A DNA stretch of 51,568 nucleotides from an uncultured Planctomycetaceae bacterium. Lineage in GTDB: Bacteria; Planctomycetota; Planctomycetia; Pirellulales; PNKZ01. This document shows, one piece after another, positions 8,480 through 16,339 of this stretch. Positions within the stretch are counted from its first letter, which is position 1. Each line of letters begins with the position of its first letter. A model generated the notes under the pieces. It saw nothing but the letters and a program-made list of their open reading frames with translations. It was not told where the DNA came from and did no database searches. The DNA lies in the NCBI GenBank assembly GCA_964433865.1, contig CAYSUC010000002.1:1-51568 (forward strand). The letters are read 5' to 3'. The translations under genes and the position numbers were made by a program.

Positions 8480-9772
8480 ATGAAACGAACCGGGACGTGG
8501 GGGGCGATCGTCGTCTGCCTCGGGTGCGGAACGTGGCAACTGAACGACGTCGAGGCCGATCCGGCGTCGGCCGCCGTCGCGCTGGGGGACGATCCGACTC
8601 GGCCGACCGACGGCGACTGGCCCGCCTATCGCGGACCGCATCGCAACGGCATTTCGACCGACGGCGACTGGCAAACGACCTGGCCCGCCGCGGGACCGAA
8701 ACGCCTGTGGACCGCCGAAGTCGGGCTGGGCTACTCGGCCGTCAGCGTCGCCGACGGCAAGGCCGCGACGTCGGGCCACCGCGACGGCGAGGAAACGGTC
8801 TACTGTTTCGATGCCGCCGACGGCCGCGTACTTTGGAAGCATTCTTATCCCGGCAAGTTGGTCGACAACCTGCACCTGGGCGGGCCCGGCGCGTCGCCGA
8901 CGTTCGACCGCGGCCGGCTGTTCACGCTCGGCAAAGAAGGGCAACTGCACGCCTTCGACGTCGAGACGGGGCGCGTGTTGTGGAAGGTCGACGTCCGCGG
9001 CAAGTTCGAGACGCCGCTCCCCGAGTGGGGCTTCACGTCGTCGCCGTTGGCGGCGGGAGATAAACTGCTGATCGATGTCGGCGGTTTGGCGGCGCTCGAC
9101 GTCCGCACGGGCGAAGTCGTCTGGCGCGGTGCGACGTATCGCGCAGGTTACGGCTCGCCGGTGCTGATGAAGTCGGCCGTCGATGCAGCGCCGCTCGTCG
9201 CGCACGTCACGAACGACGGCCTCGTCATCGTTCGCCTGGACGACGGCCGAGAAATCGCCCGTTACGATTGGACCAGTCAATACGTCACGACCGCGACGAC
9301 TCCCATCGTCCGCGGACGAACGATCTTTCTGAGCACCGGCTACGGCGGCGGTTGCGCGCTGCTGGAGTTCGACGGCGCGAGGCTCACGGAACTCTATCGC
9401 AACGAGGCGCTTTCGACGCACATGAACACGCCCGTGTCGCTCGGCGGCCGCCTGTACGGCATCGACGGCAACTCGCACACGCCCCGGCAATGCAAGTTGG
9501 TGTGCCTCGATCCGTCGCGCGGCGAACGACTGTGGGAACAACGGGGCTTCGGCTGCGGAGCGCTCTCGGCCGCCGGCGGCAAGCTGCTGATCATGAGCGA
9601 CGACGGTTTCCTGAGCGTTGCCGAGGCCTCGCCCGACGGGTATCGCGAACTCGCCAAGACCAAGGTCTTCGACGACCATACCTGGACGATGCCCGTCTTG
9701 GCGCGCGGCCGGATCTATTGCCGCAGCGAGTCGGGACAGGTCGTGTGCCTCGACGTTCGCAAGCCGCGCTGA
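8480..9772 (+). CDS. Secreted PQQ-like beta-propeller repeat protein (BamB-like fold family)
   Basis: ATG 8480 (MKRTGTWGAIVVCLGCG...). WPAYRGPHRNG, then repeated ...DG(R/K)VLW... blades: YCFDAADGRVLWK, HAFDVETGRVLWK, ALDVRTGEVVWR, CLDPSRGERLWE. Confidence 0.72.
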   Translation: MKRTGTWGAIVVCLGCGTWQLNDVEADPASAAVALGDDPTRPTDGDWPAYRGPHRNGISTDGDWQTTWPAAGPKRLWTAEVGLGYSAVSVADGKAATSGHRDGEETVYCFDAADGRVLWKHSYPGKLVDNLHLGGPGASPTFDRGRLFTLGKEGQLHAFDVETGRVLWKVDVRGKFETPLPEWGFTSSPLAAGDKLLIDVGGLAALDVRTGEVVWRGATYRAGYGSPVLMKSAVDAAPLVAHVTNDGLVIVRLDDGREIARYDWTSQYVTTATTPIVRGRTIFLSTGYGGGCALLEFDGARLTELYRNEALSTHMNTPVSLGGRLYGIDGNSHTPRQCKLVCLDPSRGERLWEQRGFGCGALSAAGGKLLIMSDDGFLSVAEASPDGYRELAKTKVFDDHTWTMPVLARGRIYCRSESGQVVCLDVRKPR

Positions 9773-9796
9773 CGGCGGCATCTCGCGGCGATTTTT
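9763..9796 (+). terminator. Possible intrinsic terminator after the beta-propeller gene
   Basis: GCCGCG (9763-9768) pairs with CGCGGC (9784-9789), followed by GATTTTT. The 15-nt loop contains the stop codon. Weak stem. Confidence 0.3.
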
Positions 9797-10066
9797 CGAA
9801 ATTTTTCTCCGCCAAGTCGGCCCGGGGCGAACTTCGCGCCCCCAGTTGAGTTCGCTTCTCAATCGACGCCGGCCGCGTCGCCGGACGTGCCGAAGGGGGC
9901 TGGGTCCGAACGATTCTCGGGCCGGCCGACCTGCGACGTCGTATCAACTGCCGCGCGGCGGGGGCGGCGACGGTCGGCATCCCCTAGACGCCGCGCCCCG
10001 CCGACTTCTAAAATCCCTCGGCACGTAAAGTTCTGCGCATCATCCGATCTCTCGGGAGCCGAATTC

Positions 10067-10552
10067 ATGCAAGGTCAACAACCGATCATCGACGCGCTGA
10101 ACGCCGCGCTGACGATCGAACTTACCGCGATCAACCAATACTTCTGCCAAGCGAAGATGTGCAAGAACTGGGGCTTCAGCAAGCTCGGCAAAAAGCACTA
10201 CCACGAGTCGATCGGCGAGATGAAGCATGCCGACATGATTATCGATCGGATCCTGTTTCTCGAAGGAACTCCGGAAATCGCCCGCTACGACGTCATTCGC
10301 GTCGGCACGAACGTCAAGGAGCAGTTCGAGAACGACCTGGCGCTCGAAACCAAGGGGGTCAAGGCATACAACGCGGGCGTCGACCTTTGCATCCAGCTCA
10401 AGGACGGCGGCACCCGCGACCTGATGGAAAAGATCCTCGTCGAGAGCGAAGAACACGTCGACTGGCTGGAAACCCAACTCGGTTTGATCGGCGAAATCGG
10501 GCTGGCCAACTATCTGCAATCGCAGATGGGCGAAGAGGAAGCAGGCCACTAA
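10067..10552 (+). CDS. bfr: Bacterioferritin
   Basis: ATG 10067 inside ORF 9887..10552: MQGQQPIIDALNAALTIELTAINQYFCQAKMCKNWGF..LGKKHYHESIGEMKHADMIIDRILFLEG... Ferroxidase E/H ligands and the heme-ligand Met in IGEMKHAD. 161 aa. Confidence 0.92.
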   Translation: MQGQQPIIDALNAALTIELTAINQYFCQAKMCKNWGFSKLGKKHYHESIGEMKHADMIIDRILFLEGTPEIARYDVIRVGTNVKEQFENDLALETKGVKAYNAGVDLCIQLKDGGTRDLMEKILVESEEHVDWLETQLGLIGEIGLANYLQSQMGEEEAGH

Positions 10553-10795
10553 AACGCCGCGCAGGCAACCCGACGCCGCAAGACGCAGGAATTCGGCATG
10601 CGCCGGAGGTTTGCGTCGTTCGCGGGACGTGCGAGAGGCGAGGCCTCGACGCCCGCGGGGTTGTGTGTATGCAGGCCCTTCTCCCGGCCGGAGAAGGAAC
10701 TCGCTCGCCTCTCCCGCCGCGAGAGTCAGGACGCGGCCGCGTCCGGTGAGCGGAACGATGAATGATGAATGCGGAACGTAGAACAAGACCGTGAA

Positions 10796-10816
10796 CCCTC
10801 ACCCTATCCCTCTCCC
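10796..10816 (-). other. Canonical G-quadruplex motif on the minus strand (C-tracts on the plus strand)
   Basis: Plus strand reads CCC TCA CCC TAT CCC TCT CCC. This gives four G3 tracts with 3-nt loops on the minus strand. Confidence 0.5.
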
Positions 10817-10862
10817 TGGAACAGAATCCAGCGGAACACGAAGTCTCGCGCCAGGGAGAGGG
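10808..10862. repeat. Perfect 12-bp inverted repeat with a 31-nt spacer
   Basis: CCCTCTCCCTGG (10808-10819) and CCAGGGAGAGGG (10851-10862). A second hairpin follows directly: GGGACCAAAC...GTTTGGTTCCC (10861-10908). Confidence 0.8.
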
Positions 10863-10910
10863 GACCAAACACGCAGCGCAGTTCGCGCCTCGCGCAGGTT
10901 TGGTTCCCTC

Positions 10911-11166
10911 TCCCCGGCGCGTGTCTCGATCGGCGAGCGGACGATCCTCCGGGGAGCGGGTTAGGGTGAGGGGCGGGCGACGTCGGAACGTCCGTTCCGC
11001 TCGACACCTTCCCAGGTTCACCGTCTCGGTCTTTCGCCTCCCCGGCGCGTGTCTCGATCGGCGAGCGGACGATCCTCCGGGGAGCGGGTTAGGGTGAGGG
11101 GCAGGCGACGTCGGAACGTCCGTTCCGCTCGACACCTTCCCAGGTTCACCATCTCGGTCTTTCGCC
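10911..11166. repeat. Tandem direct duplication, 2 x 128 bp, non-coding
   Basis: 10911-11038 and 11039-11166 differ at only two positions that I can see (g/a at 10975 vs 11103; g/a at 11023 vs 11151). Each unit carries GGGGAGCGGGTTAGGGTGAGGGG (10951-10973 and 11079-11101; copy 1 extends through a fifth tract, CGGG, to 10977) and a CGGAACG-TC-CGTTCCG palindrome. Track ORFs across it (e.g. 10900..11097, 11049..11642) are Arg/Gly-rich artefacts. Confidence 0.9.
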
Positions 11167-11257
11167 GGCATTCGACCGGTTCACAGCGTCGGCACCGTCA
11201 GAAAAGTGTCATACGCCAGCAAGCGGACGTAAGTAAGTGCCGTGTGTGCAATGCAAT

Positions 11258-11300
11258 GCAACGAATTAACTCATTGCGGTGTCAGGAGTTAATTCGTTGC
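11258..11300. repeat. Perfect 15-bp inverted repeat (hairpin) in a locally AT-rich patch
   Basis: GCAACGAATTAACTC (11258-11272), 13-nt loop, GAGTTAATTCGTTGC (11286-11300). A flanking T/A pair extends it to 16 bp. Preceded by (TGCAA)x3 at 11247-11261. Confidence 0.85.
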
Positions 11301-11357
11301 ACGCCGTTGCCGACGGCGCGGATCGGTAAAACCCGGTCGCGCGCCGACCGATCGGTC

Positions 11358-12455
11358 CTAGGCGGCTCGGCGAGCCTGGGCGGTGGCCGCCGCGCGGCGG
11401 AAGAAGGCTTGGTAGCGTTCGTAATAGGCCCGCTTGCCTGCCGAGAGGCGGTCGCAGAGTTCGGCGTCGCCGGCCAGCAGCCGCTCGGTCAGACGATCAA
11501 GCTTGGCGAACTGGCCGAAGCGCAAGGGACGAATCGACAGGTCGTCGAGCGCAAACGTGCGGATGAAGCCCAAGCCGCGCCAGTCGACGCCGACCGGAAT
11601 GACCGGCTTCCCCAACCCCAGCCCCAACAGGGCCGCGTGTAGTCGGAATCCGACCACGCCGCACGAGTCGTCGAACCGCTCGATCAGCTCGTCCAGTCGG
11701 TCGGTATGAAACACCTCGGTTCCCGCGGGAATCCAATCGCGGGTGATCTCACGATCGCGGGCTTCGTGCAGCGTGACGACGACCGGTACGCCGCGACGTT
11801 CGAGCCGGCGAACGTATTGCATGGCGCCGGCCATGAAGCGCCGGCCGAAGAACCGTTTGACGATCCGCGACGGCGGGAACGACACCAACAACGGGCGCGA
11901 TCCGGACTGCGGCGTCACCGGCCGATCGGTCAGGAACGTCACGGGGCAAGCCGTGCATTCGGTGCGGACTCCGATCCGCGCCAGCGCGTCGACCGTCGTC
12001 ACGTCGCGGACCGAGGCCGCCGTCGCCCGCGCGAAAAACGTCCGAATCTCCTCGGCGGCGCGCGGATGGTACGGCCGCACGGCCTTGCCGAATCCGCTGC
12101 CGCTGCCCATGCCTGCCGAGACGAGCGGCACGCGCAACGCGCGCAGCGATTCGACGTCGGTGAACACGCCCCAGTGCGGCTCGTCGGGTCCGGCGTCGCG
12201 GCGCGGCTTCCGCGGCTCGAGCATGTTCGAACCGCCGACGAGCACCCAATCGGCTTCGGCGTTGGAACGGGCGACGTTCGCGCCGACCAACCCCGCCGGA
12301 CGATCGGTGCCGCGATAGCGGTCGTTCGCCGGCATGTCGACGAACTCGCAGGGTCCGAAGTGCCGCACGAACTCGTGGCGCAAGGCCCGAGCCACCAGCG
12401 CATCGCCGACGTTGTCGCTTCCCAGGGGAAAGTAATGATGCACGACGGCGGCCAT
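11358..12455 (-). CDS. Polysaccharide pyruvyl transferase family protein
   Basis: ATG 12455 (MAAVVHHYFPLGSDNVGDALVARAL...). LVGGSNML and GFRLHAALLGLGLGKPVIPV are typical of CsaB/WcaK-type pyruvyl transferases. The upstream 47 codons of the track ORF are Arg/Ala junk. Confidence 0.68.
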   Translation of the reverse strand: MAAVVHHYFPLGSDNVGDALVARALRHEFVRHFGPCEFVDMPANDRYRGTDRPAGLVGANVARSNAEADWVLVGGSNMLEPRKPRRDAGPDEPHWGVFTDVESLRALRVPLVSAGMGSGSGFGKAVRPYHPRAAEEIRTFFARATAASVRDVTTVDALARIGVRTECTACPVTFLTDRPVTPQSGSRPLLVSFPPSRIVKRFFGRRFMAGAMQYVRRLERRGVPVVVTLHEARDREITRDWIPAGTEVFHTDRLDELIERFDDSCGVVGFRLHAALLGLGLGKPVIPVGVDWRGLGFIRTFALDDLSIRPLRFGQFAKLDRLTERLLAGDAELCDRLSAGKRAYYERYQAFFRRAAATAQARRAA

Positions 12456-12703
12456 CGAAAGTTCTCGCGCGGTGAGCCGAAGGAAGCGCGGAATTCTGCG
12501 GCAAGCCGCCGCGGGGGGCAAGGTCAATCGGGCTCGACCTCGCCGAGTGCCGGCAGGCCGGGCCGCGACGGCAACTGCTCTTGGTCGTGCCGGCACGATC
12601 GGCTATCACTGGGACCGCTTCGAACGGATCGACCGCGGCGCAGGCCCAAGCCTTGCGCCTGCCGCCGTCGCTCGATCGTCGGCCCCACGAAGGATTCTCG
12701 GCC

Positions 12704-13645
12704 ATGGAAGGCATCCTCGCGCCGCCGCGCCACGCCGCGCCGACGTCGCAATCCGCCCCGACGGCGACGCTCGACCTCACCGTCCTGCTGCCGGCCTACA
12801 ACGAAGAGCGGGCCATCGAACACGTGCTGCACGAGATCGTCGACGCGCTCGACGATCTGCCGACGCGGTTCGAGATCCTCGTCGTCGACGACGCCTCGAC
12901 CGATCGCACGGCGGTCTACGCCGAACGCTTCGCCGCGGACTGCGCGCGGTGCGACGTTCGCGTCGTTCGACGTCAGGAAAACGGCGGAGCCGGCGCGGCG
13001 CGCAAGACCGGAGTCCGCCTCGCCCGCGGCGTGGTGATCGTGATGCTCGACGCCGACGGCAGCTATCCGGCCGTCGCCATTCGCGACCTGCTGCCGCACT
13101 TTCCGCAGTACGACCAAGTGAACGGCGCACGCACGTCGGAACAAGGAACGCTTCCCTGGCTGCGCGCCCCGGCGAAGTGGTTCATTCGCAAGCTGGCCTG
13201 TTATCTGACGGGCCGCGACATTCCCGACCTGAACACCGGCCTGAAGGCCTTCAAACGCGACGCCATGCTCCCCTGGCTGTGGTGCGTTCCCGACGGCTTC
13301 AGTTGCGTGACGACGATGACGCTGGCCTTTCTGACCAACGGCCACCCGGTGAAGTACGTGCCGACGGCGTATCGGCGCCGCATCGGCCGTAGCAAGTTTC
13401 ATCCGCTCAGAGACACGTTGGCCTATCTGAACACGGTCGTGCGGATCACGTCGTACTTCCGTCCGCTGCGGGTGTTCCTGCCCGCGGCCTGCGCGGCGTT
13501 CGTCCTCGGCGGGGCGAAAAGCGTGTGGAGTTGGCGGACGACCGGCACGATGCAGGAGTCGGACGTCGTGCTCCTGATCGCCGGTTTCCTCACGGCCATG
13601 TTCGGCCTGCTGGCCGAGATCGTCGTGGCGCATCACCGACGTTAG
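12704..13645 (+). CDS. Family 2 glycosyltransferase, polyprenyl-phosphate sugar synthase type (GtrB/ArnC/DPM1-like) with C-terminal TM helices
   Basis: ATG 12704 (MEGILAPP...). LTVLLPAYNEERAI, ILVVDDASTDRT, MLDADGSY (DxD). Two C-terminal hydrophobic helices (FLPAACAAFVLGG, VVLLIAGFLTAMFGLLAEIVV). Confidence 0.8.
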   Translation: MEGILAPPRHAAPTSQSAPTATLDLTVLLPAYNEERAIEHVLHEIVDALDDLPTRFEILVVDDASTDRTAVYAERFAADCARCDVRVVRRQENGGAGAARKTGVRLARGVVIVMLDADGSYPAVAIRDLLPHFPQYDQVNGARTSEQGTLPWLRAPAKWFIRKLACYLTGRDIPDLNTGLKAFKRDAMLPWLWCVPDGFSCVTTMTLAFLTNGHPVKYVPTAYRRRIGRSKFHPLRDTLAYLNTVVRITSYFRPLRVFLPAACAAFVLGGAKSVWSWRTTGTMQESDVVLLIAGFLTAMFGLLAEIVVAHHRR

Positions 13646-13658
13646 GAGCCGCGCCGCG

Positions 13659-15428
13659 ATGTCCGCCTTTTCCCGCTCTGCGACTCACGGCGCGTCCGAC
13701 GTCGCCGCGTCGCCGACGTTTCGCGACCCGCTCGGGCGCGGCGAGTATTTGAAGCCGTTCCTCCGCGCCGTGCCGCGACTGTTGGCCTCGGTCGACCGCA
13801 ACCCGTACGGACCTTCGTACGGCTGCTGCGATCGACAGTATTGGCATTACCGCACGGCGGCGTTTCCGTCGGAGATGTATCAGGAGGCCGCGTTGCCGTT
13901 GGCCTTGGCGTACGTCCGCCGGTTGCCGGGAAATCGCTGGTACGGCGAGCCGCGACTGGCGGAAGCCGCGACTGCGGCGATTCGCTTCTCGGCCCGCACG
14001 GCCCACGCCGACGGCTCGGCCGACGACTATTACCCTCAGGAGCGAGCGCTCGGCGCGGTGGTGTTTTCGTTGCAAGCCCAGACCGAGGCGTATCGCCTGC
14101 TCCGATCGGACGATGCCGAACTCTTAGGCTTCTTCCGTCGCCGGGCTCGGTGGATCGCCGAGCACGGCGAGTCGGGCCGGTTGACGAATCATCATGCGCT
14201 GGCGGCCTTGGCCTTGTGGCGGACCGCCGACCTAACGGGCGACGACGGGCTGCGCCGCGCGGCGCTGGCGAAAGTCGACGACGTCGTCGCTTCGCAACAC
14301 GGCGAGGGTTGGTTTCCCGAATACGGCGGGGCCGATCCCGGCTATCAGACCGTGACGATCGACTGCTTGGCCAAGCTTCGTCGACTGGCCGACTTGCCGC
14401 AGCTTGACGAACCGCTCCGCCGGGCGACCGAGTTCGCCCGCTGGTTTCAACACCCCGACGGCGGCTACGGCGGCGAATACGGCAGCCGCGGCACACGACA
14501 CTTCCATGCCCACGGCTTCGAGCTCGCCGCGGCCGACGCGGCCGACGCCGCCGACGCCGCCGACGCCGCCGACTTGGCCGACGGCTTTCTTCGCAGTCTG
14601 GCCGACGACGCGGCCGCCGAACTCGCCGACGATCGGATGTACGCGCACCGACTGGCGGGTCTCGTCGAGGCTTACGAAGACTGGACGCCCCGGCGTCCGC
14701 CCAGTCGGACGCGGCCGACGTCGCAGTGGTTTGCCGGCGCCGGGTTGTTCATCCATCGCGACGACCGTTGTCACGTCATCGTGTCGACGGCCCGCGGTGG
14801 TGCGCTGCACGTGCATCGGGTCGACGGCGCGGCGCCGCCGTTGGTCGACGCCGGGCTGGTCGTCGAGACCGCTGCGGGCGACGTCGGGGTTTCGCAAACA
14901 CACGACCTGACACGGCAGGCGACGATCGAGCCGGTCGATGACGCGCCGCAAGGCGAAAACGAGCGGCTCGGCGAGCGGCGCGAGGTCGCCGCGATCACCG
15001 TCGTCGACTCGCTGCGCCGGGTGCGCTTCGAGCGTGCCACGCCGTTCAAGCAGTCGCTGCTGCACCTGGGAATGACCCTGCTGGGCCGGGTCGGACGCAC
15101 GGCGGCACGAACGTTTCTCCAGCGGCGAACCATCGCTGCCGGACGAATTCTGCCGCTGCGGCACGCGCGCCGCGTTCGCCTCGTGCGTCGCCACGACGTC
15201 GGGCCGGTCGTCGCCGTCGAGATCGTCGACGAGTTGGATCTCCTCGATCCGGTGCTGCGCGTCCGACGGCTGTCGTTCGCCACCGATTTGCAAGCCGCCT
15301 ACACCGCCGCGGCCGAGACGTATCAGCATTCCATCCTTCAACCGTGGCACGATCTGGCGGAACACGTCGACGCGCTCAACACGCGACGCCGGACGGTCGT
15401 GCGACGTACGATCGAGGTGGGCTCGTGA
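13659..15428 (+). CDS. Hypothetical protein, 589 aa, no family recognised
   Basis: ATG 13659, 13 nt after the GT2 stop. Its stop overlaps the next gene's GTG (GTGA at 15425-15428). Codon usage and composition look protein-like (DRQYWHYRTAAFPSEMYQEAALPLALAY, GGADPGYQTVTIDCLAKL). It contains an (AAD)n low-complexity insert. Confidence 0.6.
   Translation: MSAFSRSATHGASDVAASPTFRDPLGRGEYLKPFLRAVPRLLASVDRNPYGPSYGCCDRQYWHYRTAAFPSEMYQEAALPLALAYVRRLPGNRWYGEPRLAEAATAAIRFSARTAHADGSADDYYPQERALGAVVFSLQAQTEAYRLLRSDDAELLGFFRRRARWIAEHGESGRLTNHHALAALALWRTADLTGDDGLRRAALAKVDDVVASQHGEGWFPEYGGADPGYQTVTIDCLAKLRRLADLPQLDEPLRRATEFARWFQHPDGGYGGEYGSRGTRHFHAHGFELAAADAADAADAADAADLADGFLRSLADDAAAELADDRMYAHRLAGLVEAYEDWTPRRPPSRTRPTSQWFAGAGLFIHRDDRCHVIVSTARGGALHVHRVDGAAPPLVDAGLVVETAAGDVGVSQTHDLTRQATIEPVDDAPQGENERLGERREVAAITVVDSLRRVRFERATPFKQSLLHLGMTLLGRVGRTAARTFLQRRTIAAGRILPLRHARRVRLVRRHDVGPVVAVEIVDELDLLDPVLRVRRLSFATDLQAAYTAAAETYQHSILQPWHDLAEHVDALNTRRRTVVRRTIEVGS
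14532..14585 (+). repeat. In-frame 9-bp tandem repeat (GCCGACGCS x ~6) inside the 589-aa ORF
   Basis: gccgacgcg gccgacgcc gccgacgcc gccgacgcc gccgacttg gccgacggc, encoding AADAADAADAADAADLADG. Confidence 0.9.
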
Positions 15429-16339
15429 CGCGAACGGCACTGAAAATCGCCGCGACGTTGATCCTCTGCGCTGCCTTGTATGCGGCCGCCGATTGGCGCG
15501 AGGTGGCAGGCCACTTGGCTGCGATCGACGTGCGACTCCTCGGCCTCGCGCTGCTGCTGTTCGTTCCGCAGACGCTGGTCTCGGGCTGGCGGTGGCGGGC
15601 GCTGGTCCGGCCGGAGGCGAAGATCGGACTGCTGGAAGGGGCTCGACATATTCTCGTCGCGTCGGCGGCGAACCTGGTGATGCCCTCGCGATTGGGCGAT
15701 TTCTCGAAGGCGGCCCTGCTGCCCGGGCTCGATGCCGCGGGGTGCAAGCGGGCCGCCGCGATCGTGGTCGCGGAAAAGGTCGTCGACATGGCCGTGCTGG
15801 CGCTGGCCGTCGGCGTCGGGATGCTCGGCGCCCAGGCCTGTTGGATCGTCGCGGCGGCGGGGGTTCTGCTCTGCGCGACCGAGCCGATGTTTGAGAAGTC
15901 GAACCGTCGCCGCGGGGCGGCGCTCGTCGGCGGAACGATCGTGCTCTGGTCGTTGCACTTGTGGCAATTGCACCTGTTCGTGCGTTGCTGCGGCGTCGAC
16001 GTGCCGCTGTCGACGTCGGTCGAACGGATTCCGGCGGCGCTGGTCGCCGGGGTGTTGCCGGCGTCGTTCTGCGGGATCGGAACTCGCGATGCGGCGCTGG
16101 TCTGGTTGTTTCGCGATGTCGCACCCGCCGCGACGATGTCGGCCGTCGGTATGCTCAGCGCGCTGCGCTATCTGATTCCCGGCGCGGCGGGCATTCCGCT
16201 GTGGTGGGCCGGAAGGAAGCTTGCGACCGCGGCTACCGCGACGACGTCGGCGCAAGCCGGGCCGTCGCCCCATCGAGCCGATAGATCACGCCGTACGGCT
16301 CGGCTCTCTCGATCGGCAGGCTCCGAAGAACGCCGCTGA
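15425..16339 (+). CDS. Flippase-like integral membrane protein (UPF0104 / LPG-synthase TM-domain family)
   Basis: GTG 15425 overlaps the upstream stop. Sequence: VTRTALKIAATLILCAALYAAADW...SGWRWRALV...NLVMPSRLGDFSKAALL..., about 8 TM segments. The last ~35 codons are non-hydrophobic and overlap the convergent gene. Confidence 0.6.
   Translation: MTRTALKIAATLILCAALYAAADWREVAGHLAAIDVRLLGLALLLFVPQTLVSGWRWRALVRPEAKIGLLEGARHILVASAANLVMPSRLGDFSKAALLPGLDAAGCKRAAAIVVAEKVVDMAVLALAVGVGMLGAQACWIVAAAGVLLCATEPMFEKSNRRRGAALVGGTIVLWSLHLWQLHLFVRCCGVDVPLSTSVERIPAALVAGVLPASFCGIGTRDAALVWLFRDVAPAATMSAVGMLSALRYLIPGAAGIPLWWAGRKLATAATATTSAQAGPSPHRADRSRRTARLSRSAGSEERR

Noticed and set aside
9790-9812. An AT-rich patch with the palindrome TTTCGAAA upstream of bfr, considered as a Fur box.
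   Set aside because: It is only an 8-bp palindrome with no resemblance to the 19-bp GATAATGATAATCATTATC consensus, and it lies ~270 nt upstream of the bfr ATG. It is more simply the T-rich tail of a weak terminator for the preceding gene.
10911-11166. Tandem repeats considered as a CRISPR array.
   Set aside because: There are only two units of 128 bp, directly abutting with no spacers. There are no cas genes anywhere in the window, and the unit is far longer than CRISPR repeats.
14232-16124. A 630-aa minus-strand ORF (also 15338..16273 and 16168..17787) antisense to, or out of frame with, the glycan-cluster genes.
   Set aside because: Arg/Pro/Ser-rich junk. The opposing or alternative frames give membrane proteins and GT motifs.
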